Below, piece by piece: positions 19,850-30,032 of a DNA stretch of 62,000 nucleotides. The notes under the pieces were generated by a model that was not told the DNA's origin, searched no databases, and worked only from the letters and a program-made list of their open reading frames with translations. The stretch spans positions 144,001 through 206,000 of the forward strand of contig NZ_JMCB01000013.1 of the NCBI RefSeq assembly GCF_000737315.1, read 5' to 3'. Numbering within the stretch: the stretch's first letter is position 1; the number at the start of each line of letters is the position of its first letter. A program made the position numbers and the translations under genes. The DNA comes from Hyalangium minutum (lineage in GTDB: Bacteria > Myxococcota > Myxococcia > Myxococcales > Myxococcaceae).

Positions 19850-20911
19850 CTAGCGAGGCCGCGCGTTCACCGTGGCGGCGGGCAGATGGAGCCGCAGCTC
19901 GAAGGGCGCCTCGTCCTGGATCGAAAGGGCACCCCCCAGCCGCTGCAGGAGCTGCTCCAGCCGCGCCAGCTTCCGGGCCATCAGCAGCCGGGGCCGGTCC
20001 GTGGACACGCTCAGCGTCCACATGCCCAGCTTCTCCTGCTCCTCGATGTGCACCCGCACCACGCCGACCCGTGAGGTGCCCAGATCCCTGGCCAGCAGCC
20101 GCGTCAGCTGCGTCACCACCGAGCGAGGACCTCGCACCGGTGCCCACTTCGCCGAGCACTCGAAGTGCAGGGGGAGCTTCCGGGCCCGCGCCATCGGCTC
20201 GAAGGCCTCGAGCGCCAGGGCGCGCAGATCCTCCGGCGCCCCGCCGCGCGAGAGCTGCCGGGAGATGAGCTGGCCCATCATCTGGGTGGAGCCCTGCATG
20301 CGCTCCACATATTTCTCCATGGTGGGCGTGAGCTCGCCCGTCATGCCCTTGCGCATCATCTCCAGGTAGCCCTGGATGACGAGCAGCGGAGTCCGCAGGT
20401 CGTGAGAAGCCCGGGAGCGGTTGCTCTCCCGATAGGACAGCTCGCGCTGCAGCTGCCGCAACTGTTGGCAAAGCGAGGCTTGCCTGCCCTGAAGGCTGGC
20501 CTCTCGCCTCCACGCCTTGAGGAGCGAACCCGCCAGCCCGGCGAAGCGCTCCAGTGTCTCGCGTTGTTCTCCGCTGGTCCGCTCCGGAATCACTCCGAGT
20601 GACGAGCGGCCCTCCTCTATTGGAATGAGCTGGGAGGCGCGCAGACGGGACAGGGAAGGCAGCCGCAGCCCCGCCTCCGCAATCCGCACCCGCCCCTCAT
20701 GGAGGGCGATGCCCGCCACCCCCGTGAGCCGCAGGGCTTCCTTCAGGAGCGCGTCGATGCCCGCGCGAGCCCCGTCCCGGAGAGAGCGCTCGGCCACCGC
20801 CGCCAGCGATCGCTCCACCTCTATTACTCCAACAGAATCTTCGGGCCGACGCCCGCTCAACGCTCCGGCATGCACGTGGCTAGGAATGAGCACGCCTTCA
20901 GATAGGCGCAA
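19850..20911 (-). CDS. HisKA-domain protein with a degenerate ATPase domain
   Basis: Coiled coil followed by the H-box ASHDLRTPL; no recognisable N, G1, F or G2 boxes downstream. Confidence 0.75.
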   Translation of the reverse strand: MRLSEGVLIPSHVHAGALSGRRPEDSVGVIEVERSLAAVAERSLRDGARAGIDALLKEALRLTGVAGIALHEGRVRIAEAGLRLPSLSRLRASQLIPIEEGRSSLGVIPERTSGEQRETLERFAGLAGSLLKAWRREASLQGRQASLCQQLRQLQRELSYRESNRSRASHDLRTPLLVIQGYLEMMRKGMTGELTPTMEKYVERMQGSTQMMGQLISRQLSRGGAPEDLRALALEAFEPMARARKLPLHFECSAKWAPVRGPRSVVTQLTRLLARDLGTSRVGVVRVHIEEQEKLGMWTLSVSTDRPRLLMARKLARLEQLLQRLGGALSIQDEAPFELRLHLPAATVNARPR

Positions 20912-21092
20912 CGGTACCCACTCTGAGGACTGATCGACACACGACAGAGAAACGACTTTCCCTCTCCGCGTGCGCAGTCATGGCGTTTTTACCGGTGCGC
21001 AGACCCCTCGGGAGACCCAACCCCAACAAGATCCACGGCTTACCCCTGGCCGGGCGATTGCTAACCGCTGACCCGGAGCGCGAAAGGGGCGG

Positions 21093-23168
21093 ATGGGGAC
21101 CTTCGACTATTACACGACGCTGGTTCGACTCGCTCCGGCAGCCGTCGCGAAGAGCGCGGTACGCCGGGTGCAGGGGGTTGCGAGGCAGGCTCTCTATCGC
21201 CGCCGGTACCGGGTGGATGAGCTGCGGATCCTCCAGGCGTATGGGGCCGAGTCCGCGGCGGAGCTCGCGGGCAAGCTCCTGGAGACGCGCCACTCCAGCG
21301 TGTGGTGTGAGCACCGTCAGCGCCGGTCTGTGCTCGAGGCGCTCGCGGCCGTGCCGGGTGCCCGGGAGCGGGCGCTGGAGCGGGCCGAGGCGGCGCTCCG
21401 CCAGGAGTTCCGTGTCTTCGGCACGCGCGTGGCCTTCGGTGAGGGCCGGTCGGTGGAGTGGTCCCTGGATCCGGTGAGCGGCTACCGCTACCCGCTGGAG
21501 CCCGTGGAGCAGCTCCAGTTGGTGCGGCCCGGGACGGATCCCAAGTACCCGTGGGTGCTCGGGCGGCTCGACAGCCTCGTGGCGCTGGGGCAGGGCTACT
21601 GGGTGGAGGAGAGCGAGCAGGCACGTTCCCGCTACGCGCGCGCCTTCGTGCTGCAGACGCTGGATTTTCTGCAGGCCAACCCTCCTGGGCAGGGTGTGCA
21701 GTGGGCGTGCACCATGGAGGTGTCGCTGCGGGCGGCCAACATCGCGCAGGCGCTCGCCATGTTCGCGGAGGCGCCCGAGGTTCAGCGGCCCGAGTTCCTC
21801 GTGCCCGTGCTGAGCTCGCTCGCCGAGCACACCGCGTGGGTGGAAGCGCATCCGGAGGACCAGGGCGCGGTCCCCAACAATCACCTCATCGCCAACTACG
21901 TGGGCCTGCTGGTGGTGGGCCTGCTGTTCCCGGAGCTCCCGGGCGCGTCGAACCAGGTGGCGCTGGCGGTGAAGACGCTGCGCACGCAGGTGCTGGCGCA
22001 GGTGCACGAGGATGGCACCTCCTTTGAGGGCTCCACCTCCTATCACCGGCTCGTGGTGGAGTTGTGCACCCTGGCGCACGTGGTGGCGCTCCGGGCCGGC
22101 GTGATGCTGGGCAAGGACTTCGAGGAGCGCCTCCTCAAGATGTTCCGCGCCACGCGCGCTTGGTGCTCCGAGCAAGGGCGGGTGGCTCAGATCGGCGACA
22201 ACGATTCCTGCCGCGTCTTCCCGCTCCGGGAGCGCGACGATCAGGACCACGGCTATCTGGCTCCGCTGGGCGCGGCGCTCTTCGGCGACGCCTCGCTGGC
22301 GGGCGGCGAGTTCCCGGACGAGGCGGCGTGGCTGCTGGGCAAGCCGGGCCTGGAGCGCTTCCAGGCGCTGGGGACGGCTCCAGCGCCCTCCTCGGTGTGC
22401 TTCCACTCGGGGGGCTTCCACGTGCTGCGTGGAGCGGGGGCTGTCGTCACCATCAGCGCGGGCCGTCAGGGGCAGCGCGGGGTGGGCGGGCACAGCCACA
22501 ACGACAAGCTCTCCTTCGAGCTGCACCTGGGCGGAGAGCCCGTGATCGTGGATCCGGGGACAGGCACGTACACGCGGGACGCGATGGTCCGGAACTTCTT
22601 TCGCGGCACCTCGGCGCACAACACGCTGGTGGTGGACGCGGTGGAGCAGGCTCCCTTGGAGCCCGAGCGTCTCTTCGCGCTGCCCGAGGACGCCCGGGCC
22701 CGGGTGGAGGTGTTCCAGCCGGGCGCGCAGCTGGATCGGCTCACCGTGCGGCACGACGGGTACCGGACGCTGCCGTCGCCCGTGGGCATCGAGCGGACCT
22801 TCTACCTGGACAAGCGGGAGCGTGCGCTCGCGGTGACGGATCGGCTCGTCGGTACGGGGGCGCACGAGGTGGTGGGCCGGCTGTACCTGCCGGACGAGCA
22901 CGTGCGGCTGCGTCCCGCCTCGACCTGGGAGATTGCGCGGGCCTTGCGTGTGCCGGATGCGCCGCGGGCCTTCGAGCCGCTGTGCGTGGAGTTGGGGCCA
23001 GAGGACGCGCCGAGGGCGTGTGTGCTCTTCGCCTCGGGACTGACGCCCCGGTTGGACGGGGCCCTGTACTCGCCGGGCTACGGGCGGGTGAGGCCGGCGT
23101 CGGTGGTGACTTACGGGGCACGTCGCGTGCCTCCGGCATGGCTGCGGTGGGTGGTCGTCTTTTCGTGA
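21093..23168 (+). CDS. Heparinase II/III-family protein
   Basis: NNHLIAN, FEGSTSYH, QIGDND, GHSHNDKLSF, VDPGTGTY and FRGTSAHNT motifs. Confidence 0.88.
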   Translation: MGTFDYYTTLVRLAPAAVAKSAVRRVQGVARQALYRRRYRVDELRILQAYGAESAAELAGKLLETRHSSVWCEHRQRRSVLEALAAVPGARERALERAEAALRQEFRVFGTRVAFGEGRSVEWSLDPVSGYRYPLEPVEQLQLVRPGTDPKYPWVLGRLDSLVALGQGYWVEESEQARSRYARAFVLQTLDFLQANPPGQGVQWACTMEVSLRAANIAQALAMFAEAPEVQRPEFLVPVLSSLAEHTAWVEAHPEDQGAVPNNHLIANYVGLLVVGLLFPELPGASNQVALAVKTLRTQVLAQVHEDGTSFEGSTSYHRLVVELCTLAHVVALRAGVMLGKDFEERLLKMFRATRAWCSEQGRVAQIGDNDSCRVFPLRERDDQDHGYLAPLGAALFGDASLAGGEFPDEAAWLLGKPGLERFQALGTAPAPSSVCFHSGGFHVLRGAGAVVTISAGRQGQRGVGGHSHNDKLSFELHLGGEPVIVDPGTGTYTRDAMVRNFFRGTSAHNTLVVDAVEQAPLEPERLFALPEDARARVEVFQPGAQLDRLTVRHDGYRTLPSPVGIERTFYLDKRERALAVTDRLVGTGAHEVVGRLYLPDEHVRLRPASTWEIARALRVPDAPRAFEPLCVELGPEDAPRACVLFASGLTPRLDGALYSPGYGRVRPASVVTYGARRVPPAWLRWVVVFS

Positions 23169-23221
23169 ACGGTGTTGTTGAGGCGCCGTGTCCCGCGGCG
23201 CCTTGCTTGGAGGGAGTACAG

Positions 23222-24547
23222 ATGCGCGTCATGGTCAGCCCGCTCGTGGATATGATCCGCAAGCGGGAAGCTAAAGTGGGGGTTGTCGGTCTGGGCTACG
23301 TGGGGCTTCCGCTCGGCATGGCGTTCGCCGATGCGGGGTTCCCGGTGATGGGGCTCGATATCGACAAGCGCAAGATTGACAAGATCGCCAAGGGGGAGAG
23401 CTACATCAAGCACATCCCCAGCGAGCCGCTGAAGAAGCTGAGCAGCGAGGGCAAGCTCAAGGCGACGACGGACTTCGCCAAGGCCAAGGAGATGGACTGC
23501 ATCGTCATCTGCGTGCCCACGCCGCTGACGGCGTCGCGTGAGCCGGACATGACGTACATCGTCCAGACGGGCGAGGCGCTGTCCCCGTACGTGCGCCGTA
23601 ACCAGCTCTTCGTGCTGGAGTCCACCACCTACCCGGGCACCACCGAGGAGGTGCTCAAGCCGCTGCTGGAGAAGAGCGGCCTGAAGGCGGGCGTGGACTT
23701 CCACCTGGCCTTCAGCCCCGAGCGCGAGGATCCGGGCAACAAGAGCTTCAACACGAAGACGATCCCGAAGATCGTCGGCGGCTTCACGCCGGCGTGCCTC
23801 GAGGTGGCGCAGGCCCTGTACTCCAGCGCGCTGAAGGAGACGGTGCCGGTGTCCTCCACGCGCGTGGCGGAGCTCTCCAAGCTGCTGGAGAACATCTTCC
23901 GCTGCGTGAACATCGCCATGGTCAACGAGATGAAGATGCTCTGCGACCGCATGAACATCGACGTGTGGGAGGTCATCCAGGCGGCGAGCACCAAGCCGTT
24001 CGGCTTCATGCCCTTCTTCCCGGGCCCGGGCCTGGGCGGTCACTGCATCCCGATCGATCCGTTCTACCTGACGTGGAAGGCGCGCGAGTACGAGTTCCAC
24101 ACCAAGTTCATCGAGCTGGCCGGCGAGGTGAACACGCAGATGCCGTACTACGTGGTGCAGCGCACCATGGAGGCGCTCAACCAGCACAAGAAGACGCTCA
24201 ATGGCGCCAAGGTGCTGTGCTTGGGTGCGGCGTACAAGAAGGACATCGACGACATGCGCGAGAGCCCGAGCCTCCGCGTCATCTCGTTGCTCAAGGAGAA
24301 GGGTGCCGTGGTCAGCTACCACGACCCGTACGTGCCGAAGCTGGAGAAGGGCCACGGCTTCAACTTCGAGATGACCTCCGTGCCGCTGTCGCCGGAGACG
24401 CTCGGCCAGTACGACGCGGTGGTGATCCTCACGGACCACTCCAACATCGACTACTCCATGGTGGTGAAGAAGTCCCAGTGCGTCGTCGACACGCGCAACG
24501 CCACGAAGCACGTGGGACCGGGCCGTGAGAAGGTGACGAAGGCCTAG
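23222..24547 (+). CDS. UDP-hexose/UDP-HexNAc 6-dehydrogenase (nucleotide-sugar dehydrogenase family)
   Basis: GLGYVG Rossmann motif, CVPTP, ESTTYPG, SPER, KLLEN and GPGLGGHCIP (catalytic Cys). True start is ATG 23222; the ORF-track entry from 22064 is an upstream extension. Confidence 0.93.
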   Translation: MRVMVSPLVDMIRKREAKVGVVGLGYVGLPLGMAFADAGFPVMGLDIDKRKIDKIAKGESYIKHIPSEPLKKLSSEGKLKATTDFAKAKEMDCIVICVPTPLTASREPDMTYIVQTGEALSPYVRRNQLFVLESTTYPGTTEEVLKPLLEKSGLKAGVDFHLAFSPEREDPGNKSFNTKTIPKIVGGFTPACLEVAQALYSSALKETVPVSSTRVAELSKLLENIFRCVNIAMVNEMKMLCDRMNIDVWEVIQAASTKPFGFMPFFPGPGLGGHCIPIDPFYLTWKAREYEFHTKFIELAGEVNTQMPYYVVQRTMEALNQHKKTLNGAKVLCLGAAYKKDIDDMRESPSLRVISLLKEKGAVVSYHDPYVPKLEKGHGFNFEMTSVPLSPETLGQYDAVVILTDHSNIDYSMVVKKSQCVVDTRNATKHVGPGREKVTKA

Positions 24548-24651
24548 TTGCACGGGGGCTGATTGCCTCCCAAGCGAGGGTCCTCGCCGCTCTGGAGCAG
24601 GGCGGTGAGGACCTTCGGTGCATTGCGGGGTGGTTTCGGTACAGTGGGGCC

Positions 24652-26385
24652 GTGCGACTTCCCCTCTCGCCCGTCCTTCCCCTGTTGGCTGTCTCCGCTC
24701 TCCTGGCTGCCGCCGCGCCTCCGGCCGATCCGCGTCTGGAGATGGCGGATGCGATGATCGCTGAGCTGACCCGCAGCCAGCAACAGCTCCAGCTCAAGGG
24801 CCACGAGCCGCCGTACTTCATCAGCTACCAGCTCAAGGACTACGACCAGTACGCCATCGCCGCGCGCTACGGGGCGATCTTCACGGATGACGGCTCGCGG
24901 GATCGCCGGCTGGCGGCGGATGTGCGGGTGGGCTCGTACCAGTTCGACAGCTCGGTGCCCGAGGAGCAGGACTTCCTCGTCTCCACCAAGGGGACGAGCT
25001 ACTACGCGCGGCCGGACGGCCCGATCGACGACTCGCCGATGGCGCTGCGCACCGCGTTCTGGCTGCTGACGGATGAGAAGTACAAGTCCGCGCTGGCCCA
25101 GTTCCTCAAGAAGAAGGGCGAGGACGTCTATACGGTGGAGGATCCGAAGCGCCCGCCGTCCTTCTCCAAGGAGAGGCCGAACACGCACGTGCAGCCGTCC
25201 GTGGCGTTCCCGTTCGATCGGGAGCGGTGGCGCAAGGTGGCGCGGATGCTGTCGGCCCGGTTCAACGGGCATCCGGAGATCTTCGACTCGGATGTGCGCG
25301 TCACGGCAGACAAGGTGATGCGCGTGTTCGTCTCCACGGAGGGCAGCCGCATCATCACCGAGGAGACGCTCTACGGGCTGCACGTCACCGCGGTGGCTCG
25401 CGCGGAGGACGGGCAGCTGCTGGACAACTCGCGCAACTACTACACGCCCACCGAGGCGGGGCTTCCGGACGACAAGACGCTGCTGGAGGCCACGGACAAG
25501 GTGATCACGGAGCTGCTGGCGCTGCGGAAGGCGCCCGCGATCGATCCGTATACAGGGCCGGCGATCCTGGCGCCCGAGGCCTCGGGCGTGCTGTTCCACG
25601 AGGTGCTGGGGCACCGGCTCGAGGGGCACCGGCAGGCAGACGATCGCGAGGGCAAGACGTTCCGAGGCCAGGAGGGCAAGCAGGTCCTGCCGCCCTTCCT
25701 CTCCATCTCCGATGACCCAACGGTGCGAGAGCTGAGCGGGGAGAAGCTCAACGGCTATTACCTCTATGACGAGGAGGGCGTGAAGGCGCAGCGGGTGCCG
25801 CTGGTGGAGAAGGGCGTGCTGCGCAACTACCTGCTGTCGCGCCAGCCGGTGGAGGGCTTCCTGCAGTCCAACGGGCATGGCCGGAGCCAGGGCTCGCAGC
25901 GGCCGGTGGCGCGCATGGCGAACCTGCTCGTGGACTCCACGAAGCAGGTGTCCGACGAGGAGCTGAAGCGGCAGCTGATCGCGGAGGCGAAGCGGCAGGG
26001 CAAGCCGTACGGGCTCATCATCCGCGACATTACCGGCGGCAACACCAACACCTCCAGCTACGGCTACCAGGCATTCAAGGGCGTGCCCCGGATGGTGTTC
26101 CGGGTGGATGTGCGGGATGGGAAGGAGACGCTGGTGCGGGGCGTGGAGATCGTCGGCACGCCGCTGTCGGCGGTGAACCGGATCCTGGCCTCGGGCAGTA
26201 GGCAGGGCGTGTTCAACGGGTTCTGCGGCGCGGAGAGCGGGATGGTGCCTGTGTCCACCGTGGCGCCTGCGATGCTGCTCCAGGAGATCGAACTGCAGCG
26301 GACGATGGAGGGTAAGGACCGCCCACCGATCCTCTCCAGCCCCTCGGCCGCTTCGCGGCAGCCCGAGGCGAAGAAGCAGGAGTAG
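24652..26385 (+). CDS. TldD/PmbA-family metalloprotease, secreted
   Basis: Signal peptide; LFHEVLGHRLEGHR; DDPT, YDEEG, NGHGR, ARMANL and CGAESG TldD-like motifs. Confidence 0.85.
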   Translation: MRLPLSPVLPLLAVSALLAAAAPPADPRLEMADAMIAELTRSQQQLQLKGHEPPYFISYQLKDYDQYAIAARYGAIFTDDGSRDRRLAADVRVGSYQFDSSVPEEQDFLVSTKGTSYYARPDGPIDDSPMALRTAFWLLTDEKYKSALAQFLKKKGEDVYTVEDPKRPPSFSKERPNTHVQPSVAFPFDRERWRKVARMLSARFNGHPEIFDSDVRVTADKVMRVFVSTEGSRIITEETLYGLHVTAVARAEDGQLLDNSRNYYTPTEAGLPDDKTLLEATDKVITELLALRKAPAIDPYTGPAILAPEASGVLFHEVLGHRLEGHRQADDREGKTFRGQEGKQVLPPFLSISDDPTVRELSGEKLNGYYLYDEEGVKAQRVPLVEKGVLRNYLLSRQPVEGFLQSNGHGRSQGSQRPVARMANLLVDSTKQVSDEELKRQLIAEAKRQGKPYGLIIRDITGGNTNTSSYGYQAFKGVPRMVFRVDVRDGKETLVRGVEIVGTPLSAVNRILASGSRQGVFNGFCGAESGMVPVSTVAPAMLLQEIELQRTMEGKDRPPILSSPSAASRQPEAKKQE

Positions 26386-26402
26386 GGCGGTACGTCCTTC
26401 GT

Positions 26403-27320
26403 TCAGCTCCCGGGTGCTTCTGCGGGTTCTTCTGGAGCACTTTGCTCCTCGGAGGGAGCAAGAGCATCGGGGGAGGGGTGCAGCAAGCGCCCGCCCTTGA
26501 AGCCTCTCAGGCGCAAGTAGCGCGAGAAGTCCCGGAGAAAGGCCTCGGGCGGTAGCCCCACGATGGAGGTGAAGGCCCCCGGGAAGTCCGGCCCCCGGCT
26601 CATCTCCTCCAGCAGCTTGCGCACCGTGTCCTCCCCATAGCGGTTCACCAGGAAGCTGAAGGCGTGGTGGGCTGCTCCGTAGGCCACGGGCATCTGCTCG
26701 GCGTAGAGCGGCTCGGGGCGCAGCAGGGGTTCCCAGGAGGGATTCTCCTCCAGCGTCCGTGCGAGGGTCTCCAGTGTGGGCCAGCGGTAGCCCTGGTTCG
26801 CCGTGTACGAGGCCATGCCCTCGCGGAACCATCCGGGGATCTTCTTCTGCCGCCAGCCGCCCAGGTCCGCCGCCGCCTGGTACATCACCGTGTGCGTCAG
26901 CTCATGCAGGAGTGTCTCGTTCAGGTCCTGCTGCGTGGCGCTCAGCGGGCTCCAGGTCTCCGGCGCTTGCACATCCACCACGTCGTAGCGCGCCCACGCC
27001 CGCAGCCACTCGTAACCCGAGCGCTTCGCGGCTCGCTCCAGGGACTTGTGATCCGGATGGACCCGCACCGTTACCGGCTCGTGGAGCCTGCCCCACTTCA
27101 CGAGCTGGTGCCCTGCATTCTCCAGCGCGGCTCGGACCATGAGCGCGCCCGCCTCCTCGCGGGAGGGGTACTCGATGCGGAAGGTCCCCACCGCTGTCTC
27201 CACCGTGAGGAGCTCGGCCTTCAGCCCAGAGCGTGGCCCCACGCATCCGGCGCTCACCCACAGTGCGAGCACCGCGCTGGCCATCGTTCCCCTGTGGCTC
27301 CTGCCCACCGTCACGCGCAC
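26403..27320 (-). CDS. Gluzincin (peptidase MA-like) lipoprotein
   Basis: Lipobox-like SAGC; HELTH followed by WFREGMA. Start could be at the later Met (MASAVL). Confidence 0.78.
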   Translation of the reverse strand: MRVTVGRSHRGTMASAVLALWVSAGCVGPRSGLKAELLTVETAVGTFRIEYPSREEAGALMVRAALENAGHQLVKWGRLHEPVTVRVHPDHKSLERAAKRSGYEWLRAWARYDVVDVQAPETWSPLSATQQDLNETLLHELTHTVMYQAAADLGGWRQKKIPGWFREGMASYTANQGYRWPTLETLARTLEENPSWEPLLRPEPLYAEQMPVAYGAAHHAFSFLVNRYGEDTVRKLLEEMSRGPDFPGAFTSIVGLPPEAFLRDFSRYLRLRGFKGGRLLHPSPDALAPSEEQSAPEEPAEAPGS

Positions 27321-27321
27321 C

Positions 27322-28257
27322 TCACTCCGCGTCCAGCCAGCGCAACACCGTGCGCCCCACGTCCGCCACGGTGGCCAGCGCCTCCACCTCTGGCGCAGGC
27401 GGCCCGAAGTAGAGCACGGGCACGGGGTTCAGGGTGTGGCTCCGTGTCGAGAGATCCTCCACGTTGCCGTGATCGCTGCAGATCAACACCCGCGCATCCG
27501 GCGGCCGCAGGGCCACGATCTCCCGCGCGAAGGCATCGAAGGTGTCCAGGGCCGCCAGGGCTGCCTCGAAGTCTTGCGCGTGCCCGGCCTCGTCAGCCAG
27601 GTAGTGCTCGAAGAAGGTGAAGTCCACGCCCTCGGCCACCTGCCAGAAGATCCGCGCTGCTTCCTCGGGCGTGCGCTGGGGCACGGACAAGCCCATGCGG
27701 TGCGCGTGAGTGCCGGTGATGTCATGGGTGAGCCCGTCCCCCGCGCGCGCGTCATCCAGCGTGCGCAGGGGTACGCCTCCCGCCGCGAAGGCCAGGGTGG
27801 ATGCCGAGGGCTTCAAGCGCTTCGCTGCCGCAGGAGGGAAGACGAACTCCGGGGGCGTGGTGGAGGCTCGCCGGTGCAGCTTCAGCAGGTCCAGGTATGG
27901 CGCCGCGTAGCTGTTGGCGAAGGTGGCGGTGCGCCCAGCGGCCACCAGCCGCTTCACGAGCGAGCGCTCCGCCAGGATCTCCCGCAGGGGTGGGTTCGGG
28001 TAGCCCAGCACGTGGCGCTGAATGAGGGCAGGCGCGGGGTCGCCCGTGAGGATGGCCGTCTGGTTGGAGGCTGACTGGGGGCGGCCCTCCACACCGAAAG
28101 TGGTATCCACAGGGATACACCACCCCCCTGGGGGCAGGGGGGTCCCGGGGGCGTCCCCGAACTGGGAGAGCAGGTGGGCCCTCCCAGCGAGCGGGTTCAC
28201 TGCCGTGTCCTTCCGGCCTACACCCACACCATCGATGAACAGGAGCGCGACTCGCAC
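27322..28257 (-). CDS. Alkaline-phosphatase-superfamily metalloenzyme (iPGM/phosphopentomutase-like)
   Basis: LFIDGVG, PQSASNQT, DEAGH and SDHGN metal-binding motifs; GTG start at 28257 preferred. Confidence 0.85.
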   Translation of the reverse strand: MRVALLFIDGVGVGRKDTAVNPLAGRAHLLSQFGDAPGTPLPPGGWCIPVDTTFGVEGRPQSASNQTAILTGDPAPALIQRHVLGYPNPPLREILAERSLVKRLVAAGRTATFANSYAAPYLDLLKLHRRASTTPPEFVFPPAAAKRLKPSASTLAFAAGGVPLRTLDDARAGDGLTHDITGTHAHRMGLSVPQRTPEEAARIFWQVAEGVDFTFFEHYLADEAGHAQDFEAALAALDTFDAFAREIVALRPPDARVLICSDHGNVEDLSTRSHTLNPVPVLYFGPPAPEVEALATVADVGRTVLRWLDAE

Positions 28258-28298
28258 GATTTCTGACTGTATCCTCGAATTTCTGGAATCCGTCACCC

Positions 28299-29387
28299 AT
28301 GGCCCTTCACGGCGACCTCTTCAGTTATCCGCTTCCTGAACTTCTGCAGTGGCTCGACGGCTCTCGCAAGACGGGGACGTTGCAGCTGTCCTGGGAGGCC
28401 GGGGAGCGCAAGATCTTCGTTCTCTCCGGCCAGGTGGTCGCCACCGCCAGCCGGGGGCTGCGTGAGCGCGTGGCCCGGCTCCTGGAGCTGGCCAAGCTGA
28501 GCTCGGGCAGCCGAGTGCTGGCCTCCTTCGAGGAGCTGCAGCGCACCCCGGATGTCGAGCAGGCCTTTGCCACTCACGGCGTGGACGTGCGCATGGTCCG
28601 GGAGATGGGGCGCGAGGAGCTCTTCAGCTCGATGATGGACCTGACCATCGCCGGGCGCGGCACGTTCCACTGGACGGAGGATGCGGACCGCACGGGCGAA
28701 GACTGGGTGCCCTCGGACATGAGCATCCGCGAGATGCTCTTCGAGTCCCTGCGCTGGGTGGACGAGCACGGGGATGTGGAGCAGGCGCTGCCCATCGACG
28801 CGATGAGCGTGCGGGCGGTGGCTCCGCCGAGCGCGAGCCAGCCGCTGTTGCACCGGGTGATCCTCACGCTGTGCGCCAACTCGCAGAACCTGGGGCGGCT
28901 GAGGCTGTCGATGGGGATGTCGCGATCGGCGGTGACGCGGCGGGTGTTCGATCTGCTGCGCTTGAAGCTGGTGGAGGTGGAGGGAGCGCCGCAGGTCGAG
29001 GCGGATCCGGTGGCGGAGATGCTGGAGAAGGGGCAGGTGTTGGTGCGTGAGGGACAGTACGACTCGGCGGGCATCATCTGCGCCTCGTTGCTGGCCAGTG
29101 ATCCGGCGGATCGGCGCGTGCGCGAGTTCGCCCGCATGGTCCAGCGCGAGCACGTGGCGGCCCTCTATGGGGAGCTGCCTCCGGTGGCGGTGCCGGTGCC
29201 GGTGCACGATCCGGAGGGCATGGCGCTGCTCAAGCCCGAGGAGCGTCAGATCGCCGGCCTGGTCAACGGCGGCTGGGATGTGTCGACCTTGGTGCTAGCC
29301 GTACCCGCGCGGGAGCTGGACACCCTGCGCACGTTGGCGAAGCTGGTGCGCATGGGCCTGGTGCAGCTCACCATGCCGATGCGCTGA
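28299..29387 (+). CDS. DUF4388-type domain protein
   Basis: N-terminal MALHGDLFSYPLPELLQWL...KTGTLQL pattern typical of DUF4388. Confidence 0.8.
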   Translation: MALHGDLFSYPLPELLQWLDGSRKTGTLQLSWEAGERKIFVLSGQVVATASRGLRERVARLLELAKLSSGSRVLASFEELQRTPDVEQAFATHGVDVRMVREMGREELFSSMMDLTIAGRGTFHWTEDADRTGEDWVPSDMSIREMLFESLRWVDEHGDVEQALPIDAMSVRAVAPPSASQPLLHRVILTLCANSQNLGRLRLSMGMSRSAVTRRVFDLLRLKLVEVEGAPQVEADPVAEMLEKGQVLVREGQYDSAGIICASLLASDPADRRVREFARMVQREHVAALYGELPPVAVPVPVHDPEGMALLKPEERQIAGLVNGGWDVSTLVLAVPARELDTLRTLAKLVRMGLVQLTMPMR

Positions 29388-29434
29388 TCCAGGGCCTGTG
29401 ATGGAGGGAAGAGCGCGGCCCCAGCGCTGGCGGG

Positions 29435-29995
29435 CTATTGCAGGTGTGGAGCGCCCCCATCGGCTGAGGAGAGGCCCCCATCTGGACTGACAGTGGGGAC
29501 TCCCCCGTCTGCCTGTTCCGCCGGGCTCCTGGGCTTCCCTGCGTCCGGGACGCTGGGGCCCCAGGGAGCCTCAGGTTCAGTTCCGATGACCCGACGGAGA
29601 ATGCGGCCGTTGGTGCTGATGGCGTACTTCGCGCCCGTGTCCACGGAGATGTACTGCGGACCGCAGAAGTCAGGGTCCTCCATGATGCGGACAAAGATGA
29701 TGTCGTCCTGACGGATGATTCGATAGCGATATGCCTCCGGCCTCATCCAGCAGGGCCGGTTCTCGTTGTCCGAGGGGAGAAAGTCATGGACAGCGATGCT
29801 GAGGGCTCGGAGGAGCGTGCCATCCAGCTCGTACGGCTTCTGTCCGGCACCGACCGCCACCGCTGAGTCCGCGAAGAACGGTGGGAACGCAATGGACGGA
29901 TCGTTCTCCTGCGGGAGCTGGCGCGAGCCCGGGGACCGCGCACATCCCACGAGGATCAGGGCCGCAAGCCACAGGGACACGTTGGTCATCCGCAT
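29435..29995 (-). CDS. Uncharacterised myxobacterial lipoprotein
   Basis: ATG 29995 after a GAGAGG RBS; lipobox LILVGC; Cys pair (CW...FCG); Pro-rich tail. Confidence 0.78.
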   Translation of the reverse strand: MRMTNVSLWLAALILVGCARSPGSRQLPQENDPSIAFPPFFADSAVAVGAGQKPYELDGTLLRALSIAVHDFLPSDNENRPCWMRPEAYRYRIIRQDDIIFVRIMEDPDFCGPQYISVDTGAKYAISTNGRILRRVIGTEPEAPWGPSVPDAGKPRSPAEQADGGVPTVSPDGGLSSADGGAPHLQ

Positions 29996-30032
29996 GGGGC
30001 CCTCTCGACGCACGTTCCGCCGCAGCAGGTGA

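Noticed and set aside
22064-23221. Apparent 827-aa fusion ORF ending in the sugar dehydrogenase (likewise the extensions of purM to 40506, rpmB to 36151 and cheR from 8400)
   Set aside because: The extensions overlap other real genes and read as low-complexity sequence; true starts are downstream.
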